Shown: positions 1-11,903 of the stretch, one piece after another
Position numbering within the stretch: the first letter of the stretch is position 1
Layout of the letters: each line of letters opens with the position of its first letter
Source: Narcine bancroftii
Lineage: Eukaryota
Length of the DNA: 64,000 nt
Direction: 5' to 3'
Assembly (NCBI RefSeq): GCF_036971445.1
Contig: NC_091478.1
Location: 21,824,001-21,888,000, forward strand
Translations under genes and position numbers: made by a program
The notes under the pieces: generated by a model
What the model saw: the letters and a program-made list of their open reading frames with translations, nothing else
Databases searched by the model: none
Told to the model about the DNA's origin: nothing

Positions 1-124
1 AAAGCAATTAATGTAAAAATCATGAGATAAAATTTGCACAACATTGATCGGGGGGGGGGGGGGGGGAGAGGGGAGGCAGGGTTCAGTCTGCTAACACTTA
101 AGGAAATACATTCAGTGAAATTAC

Positions 125-200
125 CTTGGTGAGAGACTTCAGACCAAGAGCCGTGAAGACAGCTCCTGTCGTTGCACTGACATATGCGGTGCCCAGTTGA
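125..200 (-). CDS. SFXN3: Sideroflexin-3, coding exon 4 ([25 protein letters not shown]); gene continues beyond the left edge
   Basis: 76-bp exon with AG acceptor (201-202) and GTAA donor (121-124). Translation matches the sideroflexin segment [25 protein letters not shown], and phase joins the previous exon. Confidence 0.93.
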
Positions 201-344
201 CTACATTTGGGTAAAGGAGAAGACATTGAGAGTGAATGCAGGTCTACTCAAACATTTCAAACTAAATAGTTGCTCCAGCAAGATCTCAATTTAGGTTTTC
301 ATTTCAGGAGCTTCATCTATTTGACTTTAAGTTTTAATTTTTTT

Positions 345-550
345 TAAACTTTATTTACAGCACTGTAGAAGCCAATACCAGCCAATACCACCCAATTACA
401 CCCAAATTAACCAACAATTTGGAGGGTGGAGATCACCCGGAGGAAACCCAAGCAGACACGGGGAGAATGTACAAACTCTGTACAGTCAGCGTCGGATTCG
501 AACCTGGGTTGCTAGCGCTGTTAATAGCATCGTGCTAAACGTGCCACCCC
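345..550 (-). mobile_element. tRNA-derived SINE (V-SINE/HE1-like)
   Basis: GGTTCGAATCC B-box and the conserved core GAGTTTGTACATTCTCCCCGTGTCTGC..GGGTTTCCTCC. Confidence 0.8.
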
Positions 551-1499
551 TTAAACCAGAATATGAAAGTAGGCAGTTTTTTTTAATTTATATCAAGGAA
601 AAAATTAGTTTAAAGAGTCTGTATCCAGTCTAGAAAGCAGAACATGATCAAGGGGAGCTGGCAATTTTAGAATGAGAGTAATGTGCCAAATTATCCTACA
701 ACATTATATTCAATCCTAAGTATCACCTCTACATCCATCCAACCTCTACGTAATGAACCAAATTTTACATTGATGAGAGCCCGTGGACTTCTCTACCCCA
801 CTCCGGATGCTATACTTCCTGTTTTATGTCTGAAGTTGGGTGCCCTTAAAGCAACAGTACATCCAACTCCACACTGAAGGAGCCCAAGACGAACAGTCGG
901 TTGAAAGCTGAACTGAAGGATTTTAAAGTTTCTAAATGTCACTAACATTCAGAGAATTAAATAATTTAATACATATTAATCTGTTGAATTTAATTCACTC
1001 TTTAATAATTGGGTCAAAAATCAAATAATTAAAATGCTTAACGTGCACAGTTCCACACTGACAACTGAAATCAGTGGGGGGGGGGGGCACAGATCCTGCA
1101 CAAACCAACTCCAGCACACGATGTGAGAGGCAATTCCCTTATGCAAACTTTGTAACTCAGCAAGAGGGTGTTCCACCTCTAATCTCCATACGGAGTCTAA
1201 GAGCGGAGCACATCGACAGATGGGGCAGCGCCATCCAGTTGGTACAAGCCTTCCACGTTTGCATCAAAAAGCAGCAGGCAAGACGACAAATCCAATCAAA
1301 CTCAACTCACCTTCTGTAAACATTTCTATAACACTCTGCACACTACTGGATTTCTTATCACCTGCTTAGTTATTTTCTAAAGTCAAGTTGATAATCCTCT
1401 TCATCGAAGTAATTTTCACTAATTTGAACATGCACTCTTCGAACCATAGAACTCTACACCACAGGCTCTTCAACCCATCTAGTCTATTCAACCTATTTA

Positions 1500-1862
1500 T
1501 TCCACATAGTCCCATCACCTGGTCCATTGCCCACTATACCCTCCATCCATGTAATGTTGAAATTGAACCCACATCCACCACTTCCGCAGGCAGCTCGTTC
1601 CACACTCTCACCATCCTGAGTGCAGAAGTTCCCCCTAATGTTCCCCTTAAACATTTCATCTTTTACCCTTAACCCATGTCCTCTGGTTCTTGTCTCACCC
1701 AACCTCAGTGGCAAAAACCTGTTTGAATTTACCCTATCTATACCCATCATAATTTTGAATCTTCCCTCATTCTCCGACACTCCAGGGAATGAAATCCTAA
1801 CCTTTCCCTGAAAGTCAGCTTTTCAAGTCCCAGCAATATCTTTGCAAATTTTCTTTGCACTC
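1500..1862 (-). mobile_element. CR1-type LINE 3' fragment
   Basis: FKIMMGIDRVNSNRFLPL..ETRTRGHGLRVK: CR1 ORF2 tail. Confidence 0.75.
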
Positions 1863-2235
1863 TTATTTCCATACAGAAAGAGACAGTCTTTTGAAGTTCC
1901 TGCAAGTGTTCAGTATTCTCCATTCAACTTTATTCATTATAAAGAACCACATTGTTTTTTTTCCTCCTGTTTATTGACAGAGCACAGTACGGCTGGAAAT
2001 TATCAGTGAAAGGATGGAGAGAAGAATAAAAACAAGTGAATTAGAAACCTTTCCTTTCAAACTAAAAATGAATCATGTTTGTACCTTTAACCTCCCCAGT
2101 CTGCCAGTTTATTTCAACCCACTAAATTATTATGCAAATAAGATTGATAATAACTTGTGAATTAGCACAGATTATATTATTTTCATGAAAATGATTCAAA
2201 GTATTTTTGCCAGATTTATTCCCGAGCTGCCTTAC

Positions 2236-2334
2236 CCCACCGTCAGTGGCGCATCTCCACTTCTGTTGGTGTAGTTAACGATTGCATTGAAGGACTGGTT
2301 GGCCCATTGCCAAAAGACGACTGCTGGGGTTGTC
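2236..2334 (-). CDS. SFXN3: Sideroflexin-3, coding exon 3 ([32 protein letters not shown])
   Basis: 99-bp exon, CAG acceptor and GTAAG donor, with the hallmark sideroflexin WQWxNQSFNAxVNYxNR motif. Confidence 0.95.
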
Positions 2335-3204
2335 CTGTCAATGAAAAATATAATATGAATGGAAACTACCCTGAGCACCACAGCTCGTTTTGAACCATAA
2401 ACGTGCAAACATCAGCTATTAAATGCTCCTTTCTTTTCATGACTTACATATTTTGATACAATAACATAATTTTTCACCTCTATTACCTTGATAGATTTGT
2501 TTGCTAGGACACTAAAATTTATCTTGTTTAAGAGATCCAGTGGCCTATTGTATCATATTTATGAGATCATTTTCTATTTGTAAAACAATAAAGCCCAACC
2601 AGTTAAATCAGGACTGCTTGGATGAAGAACAGGGTAAAATTATGGCCCTTCAAATTAAAACTGCATGGCTCTCCAGCGAACTCTATTAATAACCTTCACG
2701 ACTTGTCACAATACAGTTAGCCATTGTGCTGAGAAATAATGAGAACTGGCCGGGAAATTATTTAGTTACAATGTCCATCAGTGACTTGTCATCATGACTC
2801 TATTAAACGAGGTGGGCCAGCAAGTACGGTGAAGGATGTAAGGAGGTACAGAATGGGCAAGAATTTGGAAGATTGTATACACTGTCATAAACTCTGAGGC
2901 CATGAGCGAAAATAAGAGTATTTGTGCAGTAGTGCAAGATTGAGTGTTGATGTACAAAGGGACCCAAGTGGGCTTATCCACAAGTTCCCCAAGGCTAACA
3001 TGCAAATGATTAAAAGGGCAAATGATAGATTAGCCTTCATTACAACAGTAATGAAATCTTACTCCAATGGCCAGACCACTCCTTGAATAATGTTTCCTTA
3101 CTTAAAAAAAAATATACTAAGCTTGGAAGAAGTGAAATAAGATTCATAAGTTTGATTCCAGGGATGGTGGGTTTGCTCCATGAAGAGAGATTGAGTAGAT
3201 CAGG

Positions 3205-3645
3205 ACCAGGATCTTAATGGCCTGGTATGGGGACACCAATACTCCTGAGCAGAAAGCCCTGCAAAAGGTAATGGACACAGCCCATGATATTACAAATAAA
3301 ACCCTCATCAAGGATCCACATCAACCAGCACATACTCTGTTCTCGCTGCTACTATTAGGAAAGAGGTACAGGTACCACAAGACTCGCGCCACCAGGTACA
3401 GGAACAGCTGCTACCCCTCCACCATCAGACTCCTCAACGACAGACTCAATCAGGGGCTCATTGAGGGACTCTTACTTTTGCATTTCATTAATTTTTTTTC
3501 CTTCTGTATTGCAGTCAGTTTGTTTACATGTATACATTTCTACTTGAGTAGTTTTTTGAACTACTCGGCCACAGGAAACAGAATCTCAGGGCTCTATGTG
3601 ATGTGATGTCATGTTTGTACTCTGACAATAAATCTGAATTTTGAT
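3205..3645 (+). mobile_element. Rex1/Babar-type 3' fragment nested in a CR1 fragment
   Basis: WYG..KALQKV..KDPHQPAHTLFSLL..GKRYR..RNSCYPSTIRLLN; same family as ~14490-14780 and 38935-40030. Confidence 0.75.
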
Positions 3646-4352
3646 TTTGAACTTTAAATATTCTCTGGGGTTGAAAATATGAAAGATCTCAAAGGGCTTG
3701 ACACTGGAAAATGCTTCCAGCCTATGAGACCATGCTGCCCAATTAAGGTCAATTAACCCACAACCCCCATATGTTTTGTGAAATGCAAGATGAGGAGCCA
3801 GTTGCAGAATTTGGATAGGCCATTTAGAACAGAAATGAGAAGTTTCCACACTTAGACAGTGTGGAATTTACTACCCCAAAAAGATATGGAGCTTCAGTCA
3901 TTGAATACATTTCAGTAGATTTCTCGTCATGAAGGAAATCGGAAGTCATGGAAAATAGCCCTGAATATGTTTGGAATGAATTGTGGACAAGACGAAGGGC
4001 TGAGAATATACTGGTGTTGGAGACAGTGTAGAGGAAGTTCACCAGGTTCATTCTAGAGATTGGGGGTGGAACTGCCTATGGGAAGAGATTGAGTCATCTG
4101 GGACCTAATAGAAACATATCAAATTATGAAAGGAATAGATAATATAGAGGCAGGAAAGCTGTTTTCACTGGTAGGTGGGCTTAGAACTAGGGGACGTCGC
4201 CTCAAGATTTGGAGATGTAGTTTTAAGGTGAGATGAGTAGGAACTACATTTTTCAGACAGTAGTGAACCTGTGGAATTTTCTGCCTATGGAAGCTGTAGA
4301 GGCTGCATCACTAAATACATTTAAGAAACGGATAAATTTTTGAATAGAAGGG

Positions 4353-4591
4353 TCTGATAGTACAGATTCTATCACCAATGTGTATATGTACATATGTACA
4401 GATGGTAGTGTAGGATGACTGTGATTGGCTGAGAGTGTAACCACACCTACTGGCAGGTCTTAAAGGATTGCTCCTAGCCAGACCAGGTCATTCTGGACAG
4501 GTCAACCTACTTGTGATATGCTCCAGTCTTTTAGTTAATAAAAGCCTTGGTTTGGATCAACAAGTCTTTGGTTCTTTCGACGCGCAATACA
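4353..4591 (+). mobile_element. Solo LTR (~240 bp)
   Basis: 5-bp TSD AAGGG, AATAAA, ends in CA; homologous to 38476-38715. Confidence 0.85.
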
Positions 4592-4724
4592 AAGGGGAAT
4601 TAAGGATTATGGGAAAGAGTGGAGCTAAGTCCATGGCCAGATCAGCCATGATCCTGCTGAATGGCGGAGAAGGCTTGCTGTTATTTCTGGGAAAGATAGA
4701 AAACAAGTTAGTTTTGGAACTTGC

Positions 4725-4895
4725 CTGTAAAAGGTCAACATGCAACCAGTTATCGACATATTCATTGGAACCTGTGCAGACATCCGTCCAATCAGAATCA
4801 TTTTCTCCCCTGTGTCTGGGTGAAAAGCAGAATCATAGAGATACTTTGCTTGCCAGAGCTCATCCTCGGTCAATCCTGGCAAGGTCTTGCCACGC
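4725..4895 (-). CDS. SFXN3: Sideroflexin-3, coding exon 2 ([56 protein letters not shown])
   Basis: 171-bp exon inside ORF 4625..4939, with the conserved HPDTGE and GRMSAQVP motifs. CAG acceptor; the donor is non-canonical AG|GCAAGT. Confidence 0.95.
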
Positions 4896-5419
4896 CTGGA
4901 CAAAAGTAAAATAAAAAATTTGGAATTGAATGGATACAATACTAAACAAGACCTTCAGATAATATATTAATATTCAGAAGAAATATAGGGGGCAGAAGCA
5001 GGCTGTCTTTGCAGCCAAGTTGTTAATCTAAGTCAGTCTCCTTAGCCCCTGTGGCCTTTATCTCTCTAAACCTATCACAAATTAAGTTAAGGTTTCAATC
5101 TTCCTCAACTATATAATGCATTTTCATTTTGATGCTTTCACAGTGTCTCAAATACTTCCAGTATTTCCACATTTTGCAGTTTTCAAAAGCTTTGAACAGG
5201 ACAATCCCGTACTTCATTCCATGCCAAATATGCTGATTCTGGTACCCAGCAATCCCTTTACAGACCATCCACAGCCTTGTCTGTTCTGGATCCTGGCACT
5301 GCCGGCTGCCTATGGATTTTGCCGCAGGATATTTTAAAAAGGTGCACCTAGCCCCTTATTGTGTGGAGTCAAGAGTTTCTAGAACATCGAACAAAAAACA
5401 AACCACTCAGCAGGTCAAA

Positions 5420-5600
5420 TTTTAATTTGCAAAATTTTACTCATGCAGCATGGTAACAGCCCCTTCCGGCCCATGAGCCTGTGCCACCCAATTACACCCT
5501 ATTAACCAACATCCCCGTATGTTTTGAAGGGTGGAGGAAATCAGAGCACCAGAGGAAATCCATGCAGATATGGGGAGAACGTGCAAACTCCTTGCCGACA
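5420..5600 (-). mobile_element. tRNA-derived SINE fragment
   Basis: Same core and tail as the other copies. Confidence 0.7.
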
Positions 5601-6399
5601 GCACTTGCCCTTATCCATGCCAGGTCAGGTAGTATTCATGGAGGGAAATGCACATTTAACGTTTTGGATCAAAACTCTGCTTCAGGACTTCGACCCTAAA
5701 CACCGATTGTTTGTTTCCTTCCATGGATACTACATGATCAACTTCTTATTGTGTTTTGGGGATGGGCTCTGGATCCAGATCAAAATTAAGTTCAATTTTG
5801 CAAGTAATGCGCTCCTTGATTGAAATGAATGCATGTTTTGCACCCACAATATTCAAAACAGGTGCCTCTTCAGTAGCTGAAGACCAGGACACTGAAGTTT
5901 CATGGTTCTGCATCCACACCTTCAAACAGGTGTTCTTGTCCCTTCAACAGAATGGGCTGAGCCTAAGCAGCTGTATCCAGCAGTAGTTAAAGGTCCACTA
6001 TGTTTGGAAATTCCCAGATGAGAAATCCTGGGAAAACGTAGATCCCCTGACATGTCTGGAAAGTACCGACAGACAGATGCTAATGAACCACTGCCCTGCT
6101 CCACATGCAGTCCAGCAACGGAACACGACTGTTCTGGGACTTGCCAGCTTTACTCTGGAGTATTTGCCTCTATCAATTTCCATGGGATTTCTGTGTAGTG
6201 AAGATTAGATGCAAAAAGGTAAGCAAGAATCTATGTTTCTTTAACTTAGTGTCCTTTATTTTAATTGTTTTTTAATTCGTATTTTTCCTGCACTTTAATT
6301 TTATTTTATTATTTAAAGAAATGTTAACAGTTTATAAACTGTTGCAGACTATCCAAACTTAACTTCCATCCCTATTAAAAATATCTACCTTCATCCACA

Positions 6400-7985
6400 A
6401 TAATTCACATGCCCTCCATCTTCAATAACTTCAATATCTTCAATAACTTCCAATTTCCTGAATTTGACTGTCTCCTTTTCACTATGGACGTCCAATCTCT
6501 CTACACCTCAATCCCTCATACAGAAGGACTCAAGCCCTTTGTTTCCTTAACAACAGAACGATCCAGTACCCCTCCAACACAACCTTCCTCTGCTTGGCAC
6601 CCTCAATAATTTCTCCTTTGACTCAACCCACTTTTTCCAAGTTACAGGAGTAGTCGTGTACACCCACATGGGTCCCAGCAATGCCTCCATTTTTGTTGGC
6701 TTTGTGGAGCAATCCATGCTGCAATCCTTCATAGGCACCGTTCCTCCTTTTCCTCTGCGACATTGGTGCTACCTTACAATGAGCATGTCAACTTTATTCC
6801 TGACCTCAAACTCACTCAGTCCATCTCCAGTGACCATCTCCCCTTAATAAATCTCTCTGATTCCATCAGGAGATAAACTTCCTACAGACATTGTCTATAA
6901 ACCTTCCAACTCCTACAATTATCATCACACTTCTTCACACCCACTTTACTATAATGATTCTATTCCTTTCTCTCAATCCTTCAATTTCCATCGCATCTCT
7001 TTCCAAGATGAGGCCTTCCATTTCAGATAATCCGAGATGATCTCCTTCTTCAAAAAAATGGGGCTTTCCCTCTACCACCATCAAGTCAGCTCTTACCCGC
7101 ATCTCCTCCATTTCCCACACATCTGCCCCTAGACGCAACAAGAACAGGATTCCCCTTGTCCTCACCTACCACCCCACCAACCTCCGCATCCAACATATCC
7201 TCCTCCTACAACAGGACTCCACCAGCAGACACATCTTCCCCTCTCCTTCCCTGTCTGCATTCTGTAGGGACTCCCTCATCCACTCATCCCTTCCCACTAA
7301 TCACTTCCTTGGTACCTTTCCCTGTACCCACACCCCCTCCCTCACCACCTTCGGGACCCCAAACTGTCCTTCCAAGTGAAGCAACATTTCACTTGTGAAT
7401 CTGCGGGAGTCATCTACTGCACCTGGTACTCCTGTTGTGGCCTTCTCCACATCGGAGAGACTGGACACAGACTGGGAGATCGCTTGGATGAACACCTTCG
7501 CACTGTCTGCATCAATGACAGGGATCTCCCAGTTGCCAACCATTTCAATTCTGCGGCCCAATCCTGCGCCAACACGTCCGTCCCTGGCCCTCATGCACTG
7601 CAAACCAGGGTCACCTGCAACGTGGAGGAGAAACATCTAATACTCCACCTGGGCACTCCAACCAGATGACATTAATATCAACTTTTCCGCTTTCTGCTAG
7701 ACCATTCCCCATCTCACCCTATCCTTCTGTCTCTTTTCCTCCAGCTCTCCACTCCTTCCCTCTCCATTCACAGAGCCATTCCCCCCCTCCCCTGTTTTCT
7801 ATTGGGCCCTCCCTCCCTTATCCACCTATTACCTCCTGCCTTTGCTCCTCCCCTGCCCCATCTTATTCAGGTGCCTGCCAACATTTTGTCATACCTTGAT
7901 GAAGGGCTGAAGCCTGAAACGTTGGTTTATCTTTGCCATGTAAAGTAAGCTGGGGACCTGCTGAGTTCCTCCAGCATTGTGTTTT
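6400..7985 (+). mobile_element. Degenerate Penelope-like retroelement (RT + GIY-YIG endonuclease)
   Basis: RT motif LFTMDVQSLYTSIPH; GIY-YIG segment FTCESAGVIYC..CCGLLHIGETGHRLGDRLDEH...PVANHFNS; several frameshifts; hammerhead-like motif at 7896-7923. Confidence 0.85.
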
Positions 7986-8496
7986 ACCTGGTCAAAGATG
8001 ATCAGATCATTCAAGGGTCTGGGCTTCAATATGAAACCTGTGGTCTGCTCACCACTGAGGCCTCAAATCAGCCCATTACTTTATTGAGAAATGGCTGTAA
8101 AGAATCTGGTGACCACTAAAGGCAACCCACTCCCAACTTCTCATTTGTTGTTTGCTCCTTCCTTCCGAATGCAATTAAATGAGGACATACTAGAGCAAAC
8201 AGAGTGAATAAAAACAGCCAACACCTCTCTTGTAGCAAAATGAATTAACATGAGCCCTTAATATGACATAAAATTACATTGTAGGTTATACCTTATCAAT
8301 TTTTAATTTGGCAGCAAGATAAAGTATAGCTTTACCCAACAGTCATCACGGAAAGCAAAATGACAGAATTGACTTTAAGTAAGATTTCAAGGCAGCAGTC
8401 ATAACCCTTTATTTAAACAATCCATTAAATAACATAACTATTGAAACGGAGCCAAGTGACAAAAATATTTTTTCCCAAGGCAACGCGGTCAATTTT

Positions 8497-8722
8497 AGGG
8501 CAACACAGTTAGTGTAGCGGTTAGTGCAACATTGTTACAGCGCCAGCGACCCGCCTTCAAATCCAGCGCTCTCGGTCCTCCCATGTTTTCATGGGTTTCC
8601 TCCAGGCGCTCCGGTTTCCTCCTACCATTCAAAAACCTTCCAAGGATGTAAGCTAATTGGGTGTAATTGGCTGGCACGGGCTCGTGGACCGAAAGGGCCT
8701 GTTACCTTGCTGAATGTCTAAA
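8497..8722 (+). mobile_element. tRNA-derived SINE
   Basis: A/B-box-like head, core, and GAAAGGGCCTGTTACC tail. Confidence 0.8.
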
Positions 8723-10393
8723 ACTTTTTTTTTAAATCTAAATTAAATGGATTGTTTTTGCAATAATACACCACACCAAACTAAATGCAGGCTTTCAGAT
8801 GATGAGAATGTCTTGGCAATGTTTTACATTTGACTGTATAGTGGCAAACGTCAGTCCATAGTTTTTACAAATAATGGGAAGCTTCTATCAATTAACTTTA
8901 TTCATTTGTGCAGCTGCAAGGAGGGGAAAGAGTGAATCACAGGAAAGTTTGAAATTCTGAATCAGTCTGATGACTTTAAAAAAAAATCAAGAGGATTGCT
9001 CATGGCCAGATGTTTGCATTTTTAGCCATAAAAAGTGTGCCATTAACAAAATGAGAAATATTCATTTTGTCAGGTTTCTTGCTGTTAGCCAAAAGGCATG
9101 AGTAGAGGAAAGTGTCTGTGTAATGAAATATTTTGTTCTACAATTTCCACAATGCATTCTAATACTCTGACGTCATGGTAACATTGAACCAGAAGTCATA
9201 TTGCATGATAGGAGAGTTCTGAGCTGGAGCAGAGTGAAATAATTTCAAAAGCATCAATAGCAGGTATATCTTTGGGTCAACAGATACTCAGTCAACATGG
9301 TAACATATCCACATCAAACATTTTTCCTTCACTGGTACCATTTGCCTTTGGCACAAAGCCCAGAATCTATGAGTCTAGACAGGAAGTGTTGACAGTCAAG
9401 TTGAACATGGGAATTAGGCTCTAAATTTAATTATTCTGCAAAACCCTTCAGATAGCCAACAGAAGCAGAAACTCTGATCTATTTTTTTCTTAATGGCCAA
9501 CAGAATGTTGATACAATCTGTCCATTTCTAATATTTACCACTATTTTAACTGCTGAGATATTGAGGCAGAGAAGTAATTTAAATGCTTTTAATCAATTAC
9601 TGCCACCTTGAATCTCACTCGCAGCTGACCAATCACAGCCTACTTTAAACCCATCATCTAGGCTATCATTGCTCTTAATTGCCATGGGTCTATTCAGGTG
9701 AATGTAAAAGGTCACATGGGACAAAGACAAGGGCATTATTCTGGTGCCCTATCCATATCTTCATTTCCAGATAATTATTCGGGAGTTCTGTTCAGTTCCA
9801 GCCAATGGCACCAACCTTAAATCCTGCTGTGAAATCGTTGGTGCAAAATTTGCTGCTACAATGAGTTCATTCAGATGGAGGCTCACAAGAGGAACAAAGA
9901 AAAATTCAATCAGGGTTGGAATATCTTAGAAAGAATTACAATGTACAGTAAAACTCCAAAAATCCAGACTGCTCAGGGATTGGCTCGATCTGGATTTTCC
10001 GGATTCTCAGGCAGCAATTAACAAATTCAAACTTAGGGAGGAATAAAGTGTTGTACAGGTAAATTTTGATAGTTTATTCATCAGCAAATACAGCATGCTT
10101 TATTTATCAAAATGAGCATTTTAAAGAAATTATAGCGTTTTTGCAGTATGATTACCACCTTGAAAATGGCGACCACAGGGTTGCTTTCTGCTGCTGTGCA
10201 TCTGTGGCACTCACATGCACACAAAAGCCCATTAAATTTTAAAATTTTGAGAGTTTTTGAAAAGTCTGAATTCTCGGGTGGTCCGGATTTTTTGACTTTA
10301 ACTGCATCAAAGATAATGCTATGCCCAATTTGTAGTTGACAAAGAGTTTGTATGACACAATCCTGATTACCAGTACATTGCTTGCAGTCTTAC

Positions 10394-10557
10394 TTATAGT
10401 CCTCGATAGTGGTCTTGGCTGCCTCCAGTGCTTCACTAGTGAACAGCACCTTCCGAGGATCAGTCACCATGAAGAAGTGCTTGGCTCTTCCTATGAAAGT
10501 TCCTTGGTCCCATCGTGGCTCTTTTAAATTGATATCAGACCTCAACGGTCCAGACAT
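10394..10557 (-). CDS. SFXN3: Sideroflexin-3, first coding exon (MSGPLRSDINLKEPRWDQGTFIGRAKHFFMVTDPRKVLFTSEALEAAKTTIEDY)
   Basis: ATG at 10557, 6 nt after a polypyrimidine/TAG acceptor (exon starts 10563); GTAAG donor; EPRWDQ-TF-GRA-HF-VTDPR motif. Called SFXN3 rather than SFXN1 because it is head-to-head with PDZD7, as in mammals. Confidence 0.92.
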
Positions 10558-11672
10558 GTTCCACTAAAGAAAAAAAACATCATGAAAAAAAGGCAAATGG
10601 CAAATTGACACAAGCCATACCAACTCGTCAAGAAAGATCAATGAAGACAAAGTTACCTTGTTGCAAAACTTTGGTTTTGCTTTTGTGAACTGCAGTTACT
10701 AATTGTGGAATTAATTTAACTTTAAATTTTGTTCAGGTTTACAAACAAAATAAATTCTTAGAAATGCACGATTAACATTTTAAACACAATACTGTATACA
10801 CTAGTTTGCAAAACGTTACACAATCTATTTATCCCAATATATAAAAATGTAGTCATCATATTCTTTACGTTCAGCACTAAAGAGAATTACCTGAAGACTT
10901 GTTTTTATCACCCTGAGAGGTGAACAACGTAGCAAAGTCAAAAACTCAATGGGAACAGTCAGTATTGTACTGGTGAGAACACAAGCTCCAGTAGAGTCCC
11001 CAATAGTTTGGAAAGCAGTCTGACAAAACACTGTCCATCCAGGAAGTGGACTATGTACTACGAGGCAGATTTAGCAACAAAATTATTATAACACATCTAT
11101 GGCAACATATCTAATGTAAATATTGCCCCTCAAATAGAGAGAATAATACAGCCCAATGCTAACAATAAAATGCATAATAATAAATCAATTTATGCTCAAA
11201 GATATGGCCTTTGTATTCTTTGAAATTTGATGAGAAAATCAGGAGAATACTTCTCAAAAACCAAATAGAACAGGCAAATAAATGTGAAAGATCCTGGAGT
11301 CAAAGAAAGAGGCTCAAATGCAAATTCCTTTTAGATACGAATGCACAAGAATTCACCAAGAAGTGGGGGTGTAGCCAGGGCGAGAAGCTACAGTCGGGAT
11401 GTTGGGAGCCCAGATGGTCGGGCGGATAGGGCGGCGGATGACAGAGGTAAGGGTCTTAGTTCAAAGACAATGGATTGTAAATTCTGGATTTTCCAGAATC
11501 TTGTGAACTAATTTAAAAATCAACACAGTCAAGTCTGCATTAATTAATGCAATACTTTTATATTTAGATTTATTAAATTAAGGACAATCTTTTTTTATAT
11601 TAATAATTCTTCTTTCCCCACCAAAAAAAAACAGAGAGAAGGATATGGTAACAGGAACAAGCCTTTCAGGTT

Positions 11673-11903
11673 TTCAGGCATTTTTAGGATACCTTTTAGG
11701 TATTCAATTTAACAACTTTTGTTGGTCTGGTTCCTCCTCCATTTAGCACTGTCTGTATTCTGAGATTTCCAGTTTTTTTTTGCTCAAACTGGTTATTCCT
11801 TGAAGAAGGACTCGGGCCCGAAACGTAGGCAATATACCTTTGTCTTCTATGGACATGGAAAGACCAGCTGAGTTCCTCCAGCATTTCAGTGTGTTTTTTC
11901 TAG
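11673..11903 (+). mobile_element. Short Penelope-derived terminal fragment with hammerhead-like motif
   Basis: 12-bp flanking direct repeat GCCTTTCAGGTT (11661-11672, 11904-11915); 3' end similar to 7890-7985. Confidence 0.7.

Larger units (their letters stand above)
2760..4690 (+). mobile_element. Fragmented CR1-type LINE 3' regions hosting nested insertions
   Basis: CR1 tail remnants (QRKFTRF.., RTRG..LK.., VVNLWN.LP) interrupted by a Rex fragment and a solo LTR. Confidence 0.65.

Noticed and set aside
345-550. tRNA genes in SINE heads (here and in the other SINE copies)
   Set aside because: A/B boxes are present but there is no cloverleaf, and they continue into SINE core and tail sequence.
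5922-6104. ORF containing MSGDLRFP, superficially like a sideroflexin N-terminus
   Set aside because: No further similarity; the true start exon is at 10394-10557.
125-10557. Assignment as SFXN1
   Set aside because: The sequence resembles both paralogues, but head-to-head synteny with PDZD7 favours SFXN3. A phylogeny would settle it.
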